A stretch of 64,000 nt of DNA, taken from a virus (Duplodnaviria; Heunggongvirae; Uroviricota; Caudoviricetes). The stretch is from IMG/VR virus record IMGVR_UViG_3300042987_001724, one strand, 5' to 3'. Each line of letters opens with the position of its first letter. The stretch's first letter is position 1. A model generated the notes under the pieces. It had not been told where the DNA came from. It searched no databases and saw only the letters and a list, made by a program, of their open reading frames with translations. The position numbers and the translations under genes were made by a program. This document shows positions 1 through 9,537 of the stretch, piece after piece.

Positions 1-176
1 TGGCCGAATCCCAAGCTGCTGTGATACCGCAATCGCGAGTTGCGTTTGATCCAAGTCAAACTGCTCCGCTACGATTGGAACCCCAGCCTCAATCACTTGT
101 GCCATCAATTGTCGCATGGTGATTCGACTGCCCGACAAGCATGGTTCGCCGCGTGCTGTTTCTGGATCCGTGGTGA

Positions 177-377
177 TTACGTCGGACTCGTCCGTTTGCA
201 GGCAACATTGCGAACCATCTCCAACTCCCGCTTCGTGTCAGCAAGTTCCTTTTCAAGTTCAGCGATTCGCGTTGCATGGACTTTCACCGGCTGGACATCC
301 GGGATGAAGTCCGCAGTTGGATATTCACTACGCATCATCTCTTCCGCAAACTCGCCTGATGTTGGTTGTGTGGTCAT
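177..377 (-). CDS. hypothetical small coiled-coil protein
   Basis: 66-aa ORF with a clean non-repetitive composition (..RIAELEKELADTKRELEMVRN..). It overlaps the upstream minus-strand ORF by ATGA. The opposite-strand ORF 40..549 is low-complexity and rejected. Confidence 0.4.
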   Translation of the reverse strand: MTTQPTSGEFAEEMMRSEYPTADFIPDVQPVKVHATRIAELEKELADTKRELEMVRNVACKRTSPT

Positions 378-661
378 GCTGTGCCTTTCACGTACGGAAT
401 CTGAATTACGCTGTATGTTTGGTGCGAGTTATCGCCTGCTGGATGACGTTCCAGCCATCGTTGCTGACGAGCCTCTGCAAGTTCCCATGCAACTTCGTCG
501 TCTATATCTGGAAGTTCCGGGCGTCGTTTTTCGTGTGCGGTACACTTAGCCGCGAACTCTTGCGCGTCAGACTCAACTTCGAAAACTCGGATAGGGTCGG
601 AGTTTTCATATTGCGTGTACCCCATCACGATAAATGCCGTGCTCACGTTTCGCCCCTTCAA
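374..661 (-). CDS. hypothetical protein
   Basis: 95-aa ORF with balanced composition. It is translationally coupled by ATGA to 177..377. Confidence 0.4.
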   Translation of the reverse strand: MKGRNVSTAFIVMGYTQYENSDPIRVFEVESDAQEFAAKCTAHEKRRPELPDIDDEVAWELAEARQQRWLERHPAGDNSHQTYSVIQIPYVKGTA

Positions 662-895
662 AAAAGCTCCCGTTGTCGCCGGGAGGTTTGGTTACGCAAC
701 CAGTTTACGCTACTCCCGATTGCCGGATCACAAAAATATCGAAGTTTGTCTAAAAATTCCCGTATTGACGTATTTTGCAGAATAGCGCCACAATCAACTT
801 GCCCGCCAGAGATCCAACCGCGTGTCGAAAGTTCCCTGCGAACAATAGAGATGAGGTGATCCTAAAACTGGCCAAGACGTTGGCTCGGCGGGCTT

Positions 896-1426
896 TTGAA
901 AACACAATCAGGGGGATTGGATATGAATGCGAAGTGGGCGACGAGGATTGGGCTGTTGGCATCGTCGGTAGTGGGGTGGCTGGTGGCGTGCTGGGTAACG
1001 ACGCAAACCGCGTTGCCGCATCTGGCTGTCGGGGCTAGCGTGACTTCCGCAGGCTGGTTTGCTCAGGTCGTTTCTCTGATTTCCGCTTCGGGCCTGTCAC
1101 TGGCAACCGTCATCGCATTTGTAAAACAGTGGTCCCCAGTCGTCCAGAATGTTCTGCCGGGAATCAAACTCCCAGACCTGACTGATCCAAAGGCCGAAAA
1201 ACTGCTGTCAGACACCGTAGAACTCGGATTGGCGGTGACTGCATATCTGGCCGCGAAAGACGACAAAGGCGCACAGCGCCGATTCGCATTGGCCGCAATC
1301 ACCGAACTCGGCGACATGGCCGAACTGAAATCCCCTGCGATTGCCGCCGCACTGAGTCAACTCGGCGCAGCGATGGCTACGCAATGGTTCCCCGCTCCCG
1401 TTCAAGTATCCGGAGTGCAATCGTGA
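896..1426 (+). CDS. multi-pass membrane protein
   Basis: Several hydrophobic helices (GLLASSVVGWLVACWV, VVSLISASGLSLATVIAFV). The more likely start is ATG ~923 after a GGGGGA RBS. Its stop overlaps the next gene's GTG start. Confidence 0.5.
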   Translation: MKTQSGGLDMNAKWATRIGLLASSVVGWLVACWVTTQTALPHLAVGASVTSAGWFAQVVSLISASGLSLATVIAFVKQWSPVVQNVLPGIKLPDLTDPKAEKLLSDTVELGLAVTAYLAAKDDKGAQRRFALAAITELGDMAELKSPAIAAALSQLGAAMATQWFPAPVQVSGVQS

Positions 1427-1809
1427 GGCGACTCTATCCACTCTTTTTGCTGCTGGTTATCGGCTGCGGAGACTGGACCATCCCGGTCGATCAACCGAAG
1501 CCTACCCCAAAACCGACGCCAACTGTCCACGACGCTGGCGAGCAGGCGAAACTGTATTTGAATGGTGTTGCCGACGCATTCGATGCCGCTGCTGCGAGTT
1601 ACGACGCTCACAAGCCATCGACACAGATTAACGACACGATGGGAAATCAGCAGCATGACGCCCGGTTGAATGCGTTCACCCCGTTGATGCTGGAACTTAA
1701 TGCGACCCGCCCGACATCCGATGTCAGCGATTCGGAGCGAGAGGAATACGACGCCAAGTCAGCCGCACTACTCCGCAAGTGGGCTTCGCAGATCCGGGGG
1801 GCAAAATGA
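1423..1809 (+). CDS. lipoprotein
   Basis: GTG start gives MRRLYPLFLLLVIGCG, i.e. a signal peptide plus lipobox (LVIGC). A PTPKPTPT linker follows. The start overlaps the upstream membrane-protein gene. Confidence 0.5.
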   Translation: MRRLYPLFLLLVIGCGDWTIPVDQPKPTPKPTPTVHDAGEQAKLYLNGVADAFDAAAASYDAHKPSTQINDTMGNQQHDARLNAFTPLMLELNATRPTSDVSDSEREEYDAKSAALLRKWASQIRGAK

Positions 1810-2639
1810 ACTACGCTGAAATCAACGAACACCGACTTCCTCAATGCAAATCAACTGCGGTTCCCGGAAAGGTTTTCGGTCGACTGACCGTGATTGGTCC
1901 AGAACCATACAGGATCTTGCCATCTGGCAGGAAGATTCCACGGGAAAGATGCCGGTGCGAGTGCGGCAATGAAGTGGTTGTGCTTCGGAACTCGCTAACA
2001 ATCGGGAACACTCGGTCTTGCGGGTGCATCAGAAAAGAAACCACTAGAGACCGCAGTTTGACGCACGGGGCAACGTCCGGCAGGGGAATGACCACCGAGT
2101 ACAGTTCGTGGTCTTCGATGAAATCGCGAGTACGAAGCAAAGCCGCTGGTTACGAGGGTGTGACTGTATGCCAGAGATGGCTCGACTCATTTGACAGTTT
2201 CCTTGAGGACATGGGGTACGCTCCGTCGCCAAAGCACTCGATTGATCGTATTGAGTCTACCGGCAATTACGAGCCGAGCAACTGCCGATGGGCGACCGAC
2301 AAGGATCAGGCAAATAACACTCGCCGCAATATTCGAATTACGTTCTACGGGGTCACGAAAACACTGACTCAGTGGTGCGAAATATCCGGCATTGATGCCA
2401 GAACAGCATGGGCGAGACTAAAGCAGCATGGGTGGAGCGAAAAAACTGCGGTGTGGACTCCATGCAAACGGATCGTTCGCAAAAATAGGCTGTTAGAGTT
2501 TTACGGCAAGTCGATGCCACTCACCGACTGGTGTAAGGTTTCTGGAGTAAGTCGTGCATCCGCTGTGTTAAGAATAAAAGCTGGATGGCCTGACAAGCTG
2601 GCCGTCTGGACTCCAACGAGGATTTCCAGCAATGGCTGA
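1806..2639 (+). CDS. HNH_3-type homing-endonuclease-like protein with two C-terminal HTH repeats
   Basis: Cys cluster RCRCECGN..TRSCGC, then YSSWSSMKSR..QRW..F..DMG..IDRIESTGNYEPSNCRWAT..QANN (HNH_3-like). Tandem repeats TLTQWCEISGIDARTAWARLKQHGWSEKTAVW and PLTDWCKVSGVSRASAVLRIKAGWPDKLAVW follow. GGGGGG RBS before ATG 1806. Confidence 0.6.
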   Translation: MNYAEINEHRLPQCKSTAVPGKVFGRLTVIGPEPYRILPSGRKIPRERCRCECGNEVVVLRNSLTIGNTRSCGCIRKETTRDRSLTHGATSGRGMTTEYSSWSSMKSRVRSKAAGYEGVTVCQRWLDSFDSFLEDMGYAPSPKHSIDRIESTGNYEPSNCRWATDKDQANNTRRNIRITFYGVTKTLTQWCEISGIDARTAWARLKQHGWSEKTAVWTPCKRIVRKNRLLEFYGKSMPLTDWCKVSGVSRASAVLRIKAGWPDKLAVWTPTRISSNG

Positions 2640-3438
2640 TTTCATGGGTCTTATTCAGGAGTCTCCTGCCGAACTTGCTGATCGTCTTTCGCAGCAGATT
2701 GCGATGCCAGCGTGTGCCGCAGTTGTCACCGAAAAGTTGTGGGACAAGCCGCCAGCAGCCTTCGTGAATTCGGACCAGCAAAGCACCAATATGTGCGCGG
2801 TTAATGCTGGAACATCCGCAATGGAGGTTGTTGGATACCAAATCAACGGAAAAATGATTCAGAGGTCTCGCAACTGGCTGTATCGCGAATCGCAAAAGCG
2901 ATGCGGGATTTACGGTGATCGCGGAGTTACTCTCGGCAGCGTAATTCAGGCAGGCAGAGAAGTTGGGGTTTGTCGCGAGGATATTTACCCATTCAGGGGA
3001 TACTTCGACATAAATGCCCCCGCTGGATGTTCCGAAGATGCGGCAACATTCAAGATAACGGCTACTATCGACGTTCATTCTGGCGGATACAATTCGGTTC
3101 GCACTGTGATTGGTCAAAATCTCGGATGCGTGCTTATGGCGACGTACTGGCCAATTATTCATGCGAATAATTACTTAGTTGAGCAGTACCGACCGCAGGG
3201 CAACGCAGGGCATGCAAGGGCGTATCTGTTCTTATCGAGCAAGCTAGACTCCAAGGGGCGTCCTTGGGTCTGGACGGCAAACTCACATGCGGACCTTCCG
3301 TGGGAGCTTTGGTCGCCAGATGCTATCGATCAGCAATTGGAAGATGACCCGTGGGGGACCACTGGGATTACGGGGCTGTCTGTGATTGAGCCTCGCGAGG
3401 TGGATTGGGCAGGACTGGACAACCCGTTCCTGAAATGA
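2632..3438 (+). CDS. papain-fold cysteine peptidase-like protein
   Basis: Q-x5-C spacing (QQSTNMCAVNAG) and a later NAGHARAY resemble the C1/CHAP-type Cys/His arrangement. It could equally be a cell-wall peptidase. Confidence 0.4.
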   Translation: MADFMGLIQESPAELADRLSQQIAMPACAAVVTEKLWDKPPAAFVNSDQQSTNMCAVNAGTSAMEVVGYQINGKMIQRSRNWLYRESQKRCGIYGDRGVTLGSVIQAGREVGVCREDIYPFRGYFDINAPAGCSEDAATFKITATIDVHSGGYNSVRTVIGQNLGCVLMATYWPIIHANNYLVEQYRPQGNAGHARAYLFLSSKLDSKGRPWVWTANSHADLPWELWSPDAIDQQLEDDPWGTTGITGLSVIEPREVDWAGLDNPFLK

Positions 3439-3448
3439 GGGTGGCCAC

Positions 3449-4459
3449 ATGCGTCGTTTATTTTTGGCAGTTTCTCACCTACTTCTACTCCTGACTCCGG
3501 CATTTTCGCAGGAAGTCGATTTTCGTTCCGTGTTTACGGAACAGGCGACCCCTCCCCAGCCGTCCGCACTGAAGCCGATCTCCCCTCTCGACTATACAGT
3601 GCGCATCCGTGTCCAAGACGGCACCGAAAAAAAGTGGTACGCATCAGGCACTATTATCGCCGATGGTGGTGTCCTGACGTGTGCTCACGCCTGCCCGAAA
3701 CTCGGTCTGGATATCACGGTCGAGTACGGCGACGATGAGTTAAAAGCAAGTCTGATTGCAGCAAACTCGGTCCATGACGTCGCATTGTTGCGAGTGGACT
3801 GGAGGTCACCACCGAAGCACATTGCCAAACTGGCGACCGTCCCAGCAAAGCAGGGCGATACCGTCCGGAGTTGTGGTCGCAACCATCGCGGGGTTCTCGA
3901 TATTCAAACGCATCGCGTTACTGGCGAATCACGCTGGGAACGAATGGGAATGCTCGAATACACCAATCCGCCAGAACAAGGCCGAAGCGGCGGCGGAATC
4001 TACAACCAAGCCGGTGAAATCGTCGGAGTCGTCCACGCTTACGCTGAATTTGTTGACAACTCCGGAAAAACTGAACGCTATGGAATCGGCATCAGCCTTG
4101 AGTCAATTGAATCCGTCATTCACCCGAAACAGCAGCAGAAACCGGAGCCACCACGACAGCAGAGGCGACAGCGCCGCCGGGCCACTGTGTTCACGGGTGA
4201 GGCTCAATTCGGTATTGGCTGGTGCATCAACTGCACAAACCTGAAATCACGATGGGGCGACGGAAACGACGACATCGAAATCGTCTGGAGCACCGAGGTC
4301 GCGCCGGGTGGATTCGTCGGGGACGACAACTACCCGGCGATCCGATTTCGTGGCACGACCGGGTGGATGTATCCAGCAAACGCAGACGGTTCCTACAAGA
4401 TGGTGACGGACATCGCCACACTGACCGGAATCTATGACCGGAACGGGGGCCAACCATGA
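3449..4459 (+). CDS. trypsin-like (S1) serine protease with N-terminal signal peptide
   Basis: Signal-like N-terminus MRRLFLAVSHLLLLLTPAFSQ. Catalytic triad context: TCAHAC (His), DVALLRV (Asp), GRSGGGIY (Ser, GDSGG-like). Confidence 0.75.
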   Translation: MRRLFLAVSHLLLLLTPAFSQEVDFRSVFTEQATPPQPSALKPISPLDYTVRIRVQDGTEKKWYASGTIIADGGVLTCAHACPKLGLDITVEYGDDELKASLIAANSVHDVALLRVDWRSPPKHIAKLATVPAKQGDTVRSCGRNHRGVLDIQTHRVTGESRWERMGMLEYTNPPEQGRSGGGIYNQAGEIVGVVHAYAEFVDNSGKTERYGIGISLESIESVIHPKQQQKPEPPRQQRRQRRRATVFTGEAQFGIGWCINCTNLKSRWGDGNDDIEIVWSTEVAPGGFVGDDNYPAIRFRGTTGWMYPANADGSYKMVTDIATLTGIYDRNGGQP

Positions 4460-5097
4460 CTGAGATGACCGCCCCGATTTCCGGTCGCGTCCGCGATGCG
4501 ATTGAGTTCGTCCGGTCGAACATTGGCGAGAATGCACAAATCACGCTGCGATGGGATCGGACCGGCGCAAGCTCGCTGCCATTGCTTGGCGGTGAATCTG
4601 GGCAATGGACCCCTGAAAATCTGTTCGGTCGCGTCGGTGAATTCTCTGCTGTTGCGCAAAACAGCAAATTGCCGGTTCCGGAAGCCAGTTGTGGCTATCG
4701 ACTGATCGGCGACGATATCGAGATGACCCCCCGGTTTCTGATTCGCGGATTCGGGAAGACGCCAAAAGCAGTCGGGAGCGGCGGCGCAACAGGATTTGGT
4801 CCGATGTCAATTCTGACCGTGATCAGCCTGATTTCCGGAATCTGGTCGCTGCTCCATCCGTCGGTTTCGGTGACACTACCGGGCAATATGGAGCTTACTG
4901 CTGTCCTGTCTGGTGATACGGTAACCGTCGAATTCGTTCGAATGCCCACGATTCATGCTCAGATGTGGTTTCACCTCGACTTGGCCGTCAGCGGTGCGAT
5001 CATCACACCAGACAACGCCAGAATCACTTTTGACCCCGCCAAAAACGCCGGGTTTTTCTCTCGTTTCATTGAATCCCGTGACGTGAGGTTCACATGA
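4456..5097 (+). CDS. hypothetical protein with one hydrophobic segment
   Basis: 213-aa ORF with an ATGA overlap to the upstream gene. Contains a TM-like stretch MSILTVISLISGIWSLL. Confidence 0.5.
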   Translation: MTEMTAPISGRVRDAIEFVRSNIGENAQITLRWDRTGASSLPLLGGESGQWTPENLFGRVGEFSAVAQNSKLPVPEASCGYRLIGDDIEMTPRFLIRGFGKTPKAVGSGGATGFGPMSILTVISLISGIWSLLHPSVSVTLPGNMELTAVLSGDTVTVEFVRMPTIHAQMWFHLDLAVSGAIITPDNARITFDPAKNAGFFSRFIESRDVRFT

Positions 5098-5441
5098 CGC
5101 CTATCCTCGCCGATTTCACAATAGACGCTGCAACACTGAATTGGCTCATCGGAGGCACCGCCGCAGTTCTGACTACAGTCGGCGGTGGGTTGTGGGTGTC
5201 TCTACGAAAATTGTGTGAATTCCTGAAGCCACATATCGTCGGTTTTTTCACTTCACACAAGACGCTTGTTGACACGATGTCGGAACAAGTGCCGATCGTA
5301 ACAGCAACGCTGGCGGGAGTTAATCAAAATCTTGAACGATTCGGGGAGACTCAGGCGCAGCATGGGGTAATGTTGAATCAGCACGGGGAAACCCTTGCAC
5401 AGATCAAGGCCCGGCTGGACAGCGCAAGGACTGCCACTTGA
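5094..5441 (+). CDS. small membrane protein (holin-like size and topology)
   Basis: 115 aa with one strong TM (LIGGTAAVLTTVGGGLWV) and a charged C-terminus. ATGA overlap with the upstream gene. Confidence 0.4.
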   Translation: MTPILADFTIDAATLNWLIGGTAAVLTTVGGGLWVSLRKLCEFLKPHIVGFFTSHKTLVDTMSEQVPIVTATLAGVNQNLERFGETQAQHGVMLNQHGETLAQIKARLDSARTAT

Positions 5442-5504
5442 TTCGTTTCGTCCGGTTGGTATAGTTTTGTGGAACTTTCCAACAAACTGCCCGCAGGAAC
5501 GGAA

Positions 5505-5981
5505 ATGAAACTACTGATTGTCGGACTCGGACGCGCCGGGAAAGATACGGCTGGCGAATATCTGGAGTCCATCTCAACCCTGAAGTTCGCCGGGACCACT
5601 TCCCGCTATCTTGCCCCTTACGTCGCCGAACGACTCGGTGTGAGCGTCGATGATGCCTATCGCGACCGTCACAGAAATCGCGACGAATGGTATCGAATCG
5701 GAAACGAAATCAGGGAAAGCGACCCCGGAGTGCTGATCAGGGAGTCGTTGAGGTTCGGTGATATTGTCGGGGGTGTCCGGGACTGGGAGGAAATCGTCGC
5801 GGCTCGCCGGGGAAGTATGGTTGATCTCATCGTCTGGATCGAAAACATCTGGGTTCCCGTTGACCCGACCGTGAAGTTTTCTGCGAGGGAATGCGATTTG
5901 ACGATTCCTAACAATTGGGGGATTGACGAGTTTCGCGGCAGGCTCCGTCGGTTTGCTGCCGCAATTGGGATTCTGAGGTGA
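5505..5981 (+). CDS. dNMP kinase-like protein (T4 gp1-type P-loop)
   Basis: MKLLIVGLGRAGKDTAGEYL matches the GxxRSGKDT signature of phage deoxynucleoside-monophosphate kinases. AGGA RBS before ATG 5505. Confidence 0.5.
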   Translation: MKLLIVGLGRAGKDTAGEYLESISTLKFAGTTSRYLAPYVAERLGVSVDDAYRDRHRNRDEWYRIGNEIRESDPGVLIRESLRFGDIVGGVRDWEEIVAARRGSMVDLIVWIENIWVPVDPTVKFSARECDLTIPNNWGIDEFRGRLRRFAAAIGILR

Positions 5982-5985
5982 TGCG

Positions 5986-6528
5986 GTGCATGCGCTGGAC
6001 TGGCTCGGAGATCTGATCCACGTCGTCAGTCTGGTGATTCCGAGACTTGTCTTAGTCCGTCGTACTCATGCAGGTGTTCTCTACTGTCGCGACAAGGTTA
6101 AAGCAGTTGGTCCGGGGGTGACATGGTATTGGCCGGTCTGGTCCGAAATCCAGTTGATATGCACGGTGCGACAGACGCTCAATCTGTCGTATCAATGCCT
6201 GTTCTGCCGGGACGGCTCCCCGATCGTAGTCGCCGCAATCGTGGTCTATCGAATCGAAAGTGCGGTAGATGCGCTGACAACCACAGATCAAATCGTGGAT
6301 ACGATCCACGATGTCGCAATGGCCGCAATTCGTCGCGTTGTAACGGCTTGCACGTTCAAAGAGATCCACGAAAACAAAACAGAAAAGGGGAAGTCGATAG
6401 ACAGCATGCTGCGCCACAGGCTGCAAGCGGATCTGTCGACTTACGGAGTGTCGATTGAACGGTCGTTTTTGTGCGACATCTCCAAGCCGGTAATCGTCCG
6501 GCTGCTGTCAGATGTCGCTTCAAACTGA
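5986..6528 (+). CDS. SPFH/band-7 domain protein
   Basis: Hydrophobic N-terminus followed by VVAAIVVYRIESAVDALTTTDQIVDTIHDVAMAAIRRVV..HENKTEKGKSIDSMLRHRLQADLSTYGVSIERSFLCDISKP. This matches the prohibitin/HflK-C core pattern (VVyRv.d..kav..v.n....i..la.t.lR..ig...ldell..r..i...l...l...gi.v..v.i.di.pp). Confidence 0.55.
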   Translation: MHALDWLGDLIHVVSLVIPRLVLVRRTHAGVLYCRDKVKAVGPGVTWYWPVWSEIQLICTVRQTLNLSYQCLFCRDGSPIVVAAIVVYRIESAVDALTTTDQIVDTIHDVAMAAIRRVVTACTFKEIHENKTEKGKSIDSMLRHRLQADLSTYGVSIERSFLCDISKPVIVRLLSDVASN

Positions 6529-6537
6529 AAGGATTCC

Positions 6538-6852
6538 ATGATCGAACTGAAGGGGTTGTTTCCAGTGAAAAAGCAAACGAAAAAGGCTGCACCAAAAGCA
6601 GCAAAAAATGGCTGCGGTGGCCTGCTTGATATCGCGAAATCAATTCGCCCCAAAGCTCCAGCAAATTGGCTGGATCTGGTGACTCCGCAACAGCGAGCAG
6701 AAATCATCGAAACCTGCCATGCCATCGTCAACGGAGAAATCGTAGGGAGCATCCGCGCCATCGCTGCCGCATGGAAAGCCCACGGCATTGATTGCAGTCG
6801 TGCGAAACTCACTGACTTGGTCGCCAAGGTCCGCAGGGGAGAGGTCAAGTGA
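6538..6852 (+). CDS. hypothetical basic protein
   Basis: 104-aa ORF, Lys/Ala-rich at the N-terminus, coupled to the downstream gene. Confidence 0.4.
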   Translation: MIELKGLFPVKKQTKKAAPKAAKNGCGGLLDIAKSIRPKAPANWLDLVTPQQRAEIIETCHAIVNGEIVGSIRAIAAAWKAHGIDCSRAKLTDLVAKVRRGEVK

Positions 6853-7889
6853 AGAAGCAAAGCCTGAAGGAAGCCGCCGCAGTTGCCGTACAGCACGCCA
6901 AGGATCGCGAGTTTGAGCGTCGCATTGCGAAGGCCGAAGAACAGGCCAAGTCATACAAAGCGAAGTACGAACATGCGTGTCAGGCACTGGACGAGTATGA
7001 GCAGCGATTCGCGGCGATGGAGTCGCTCGACCATTCGATTCCAGAAATCGAGATGAAGCGATTGAAGGGGAGCGGAGAATCGACTGCGATTCTTGCGTGC
7101 AGCGACTGGCATATCGCAGAGGTTGTCGATCCGTCAACAGTCAACAACCTCAATGAATTCAATGTCGAGATCGGCAGGAAGCGCGCCGTCGCAATGTTTC
7201 AGCGGGCCGCGATGATGATCGATGTCGCAAGGGGGCTGTCCCCTGTAAAAGAGATGGTCGTATGGCTCGGTGGTGATTTCATCTCTGGGGCACTGCACGA
7301 TGACCAGAAAGAAAACGACGAAATCAGCCCAACAGAGTCAATCATCGTTTGCGAAGACATGATTGTGAATGGCATCCGCTTCCTGAAACGGGAAGCAAAG
7401 ATGTCGCGAATCGTGGTAGTCACATCGAACGGCAACCACGGCAGGACGACACCGAAGCCAAGGGCGTCAACATCCCACAGCACTAGCTTCGAACAGTTGA
7501 TGTACTGGCATCTTGCAGCGACGGTGAAGGATGCCGGTGTTTCATGGAAAGTCGAGAACTCATACCACAACTTCCTGCCCATCTATAATCGCGCATATCG
7601 TTTCCACCACGGGGATTGCGTGAAATATCTCGGTGGGTCGGGTGGCCTTGGAATCCCACTGCAAAAGGCGATTGGGGACTGGGACAAGACGATTCCTGCC
7701 TATCACGATGTCTGCGGGCACTTCCATCAAACATCCTTCGCCCGAAAGTATTCCGTAAATGGCTCGCTCGTTGGTTACAACAGCTATGCAATGCGGAATA
7801 AGTGTGCCTTCGAGGAGCCGTCACAGAATCTTTTGATCACCAGTAAGAAGAGGGGTAATACGCTGGCAATGCGGGTGTTTGCAGACTGA
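6849..7889 (+). CDS. calcineurin-like metallophosphoesterase with N-terminal coiled coil
   Basis: Ordered phosphoesterase motifs CSDWH (DxH), GGDFISG (GDxxD), GNHG (GNH), HHGD, GHFH (GHxH). Confidence 0.65.
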   Translation: MKKQSLKEAAAVAVQHAKDREFERRIAKAEEQAKSYKAKYEHACQALDEYEQRFAAMESLDHSIPEIEMKRLKGSGESTAILACSDWHIAEVVDPSTVNNLNEFNVEIGRKRAVAMFQRAAMMIDVARGLSPVKEMVVWLGGDFISGALHDDQKENDEISPTESIIVCEDMIVNGIRFLKREAKMSRIVVVTSNGNHGRTTPKPRASTSHSTSFEQLMYWHLAATVKDAGVSWKVENSYHNFLPIYNRAYRFHHGDCVKYLGGSGGLGIPLQKAIGDWDKTIPAYHDVCGHFHQTSFARKYSVNGSLVGYNSYAMRNKCAFEEPSQNLLITSKKRGNTLAMRVFAD

Positions 7890-8664
7890 CATGGGATACA
7901 TCACTTCAAACCCAAATGAAGTCCACAGCCGTGGGGTGTATCGCATCAGGAACACGGCCAATGGCCATGTTTACATCGGTTCCACGTCCCAGACATTCAA
8001 TAGGAGATGGAATACCCACGCAAGCTACCTATCGCGAGGCGCGCACCATAACGCACCACTCCAGAGAGCATGGGTAAAGTATGGTGCTGATTCGTTTGTG
8101 TTCGAAGTTCTGGAAGTCTGCGAACCAAGGCATCGGTTTGATGTTGAGCAGGTGATGATCGACTTCTACCAAAGGATTGGCCAAGGATTGATCTACAACA
8201 CGCTTCGAGTCGCTGGCAGCGCAAAGGGCTATAAGCACACCCCAGAGGCAATGCAGAAACTGCGAGGGCGCAAGATGAGTAAGGACGCCGTTGAGAAGTG
8301 TGCGGCAGCTAGAAGGGGAAAGCCAAGGTCTCCGGAAGTAAGGAAAAAGCTATCCGAAGCAAATAAGGGGAAGCGACACTCGCCAGAAACAAAAAAGAAA
8401 ATGAGTGATGCTCGAAAGGGAAGGGTTTTCCCCGCTGATGTCGTTGAGAAGATTCGGCGAGCCAATACGGGGAGAAAGGCTTCACCAGAAACAAGAGCCA
8501 AGATTGCGGAAGCCGCCAGAAACATAAGCGACGAAACGAGGCGTAAGATGGCTGAAGCAAAGTTGGGCCACAAACCAAGTCCAGAATCAATAGCCAAGAG
8601 GCTTGCGACGATGGCAGAAAACAAAAAGAAAAGGCAGCAGGAATTAAATGGCGAGCTTCAATAA
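7879..8664 (+). CDS. GIY-YIG homing endonuclease with NUMOD3 repeats
   Basis: GVYRIRNTANGHVYIGSTSQ..R..H carries the GIY-(x10)-YIG core. Four to five NUMOD3-like repeats follow (HTPEAMQKLRGRK, RSPEVRKKLSEANKGK, HSPETKKKMSDARKG, ASPETRAKIAEAARN, SDETRRKMAEAKLGH). Confidence 0.85.
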   Translation: MQTDMGYITSNPNEVHSRGVYRIRNTANGHVYIGSTSQTFNRRWNTHASYLSRGAHHNAPLQRAWVKYGADSFVFEVLEVCEPRHRFDVEQVMIDFYQRIGQGLIYNTLRVAGSAKGYKHTPEAMQKLRGRKMSKDAVEKCAAARRGKPRSPEVRKKLSEANKGKRHSPETKKKMSDARKGRVFPADVVEKIRRANTGRKASPETRAKIAEAARNISDETRRKMAEAKLGHKPSPESIAKRLATMAENKKKRQQELNGELQ

Positions 8665-9088
8665 AGTAATTCTCATTGGCAATCTGACTCGCGATCCACA
8701 GGTGAAATACACGACCGGGGGAACCGCAATCGCGGAAATCGGTCTGGCTGTAAATCGCGACTGGTACGACAAGTCAACCAACCAGAAAAAGAGCGAGGTC
8801 ACGTTTGTTGACGTCACCTATTTCGGGAAGACTGCCGAGGTGATCGGCGAGTACATGAGGAAGGGTTCTTCCATACTGGTGGAAGGCCGATTATCTCTCG
8901 ATTCATGGGACGACAAGGCGACCGGCCAGAAACGAACCAAGCTGAAGGTCGTCGGCGAACAGATGACGATGCTAGGCGGTCGTAATGGCGGAGGTGAACG
9001 CCAGCAGGATCACGGCTCGGAACCGCAGCAATCGGAGCCACAAGCCGAACCATCCTATCAGGGCGGCAGCGACGAAGTGCCGTTTTAA
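8648..9088 (+). CDS. ssb: single-stranded DNA-binding protein
   Basis: OB-fold SSB signature (NKVILIGNLTRDPQVKYTTGG..VTFVDVTYFGK..AEV). Gly/Gln-rich tail with the acidic C-terminal tip DEVPF. Confidence 0.95.
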   Translation: MASFNKVILIGNLTRDPQVKYTTGGTAIAEIGLAVNRDWYDKSTNQKKSEVTFVDVTYFGKTAEVIGEYMRKGSSILVEGRLSLDSWDDKATGQKRTKLKVVGEQMTMLGGRNGGGERQQDHGSEPQQSEPQAEPSYQGGSDEVPF

Positions 9089-9092
9089 GCCG

Positions 9093-9425
9093 CTACTTTG
9101 CGGGTGTCGCCCGTGCGACTCTTCCGGGGGTTGAGAATACTTCGTGTAAACCACGGGCAGTCTTTAACGCTTCTCTCGTCGTCTTCGCCTCAACCCAGCA
9201 GACATACACCCATTTCCCAGCAGCAGAGCGGACTTCAATGTTAAATCTCGTTTTTCTGTCACCCGATGAAGTTGATTGCGATTCGCTCTGCTTCTCTGCA
9301 AACTCGCCCGGTTTCTTTCCGTCATGCGATTCGTGCTCGCGGGGATGTTTTGATTCGTCGAATGAATTGGAGAATTCGAAGTGGTCGGTAAGAATATCAA
9401 CCGCACGCAGGAATCCGTCTTCCAT
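9093..9425 (-). CDS. small protein carrying the giant-protein N-terminal leader/linker module
   Basis: Begins MEDGFLRAVDILTDHFEFS..KHPREHESHDGKKPGEFAEK. This is the same leader as the giants at 31059 and 35407, and the same HDGK(K/R)PGEFA(P/E)K box. Confidence 0.55.
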   Translation of the reverse strand: MEDGFLRAVDILTDHFEFSNSFDESKHPREHESHDGKKPGEFAEKQSESQSTSSGDRKTRFNIEVRSAAGKWVYVCWVEAKTTREALKTARGLHEVFSTPGRVARATPAK

Positions 9426-9537
9426 GTTTCTGCCCTCTGGTTTGTGTGTCTGTAACGGGAAATGATACCCCAGTCACTGATTTGTACGCCAGACCAAACC
9501 CCAGTCACAAAAACGCATTGACGTCGCACCGTATTTG

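Noticed and set aside
40-549. 169-aa plus-strand ORF at the window start
   Set aside because: Low-complexity, Ser/Cys/Arg-rich translation. It is fully overlapped by two cleaner ATGA-coupled minus-strand ORFs (177-377, 374-661).
896-1809. Membrane protein plus overlapping lipoprotein as an Rz/Rz1-type spanin pair
   Set aside because: The upstream protein has several TM segments rather than the single N-terminal TM and periplasmic coiled coil of an i-spanin. No endolysin is confidently identified nearby.
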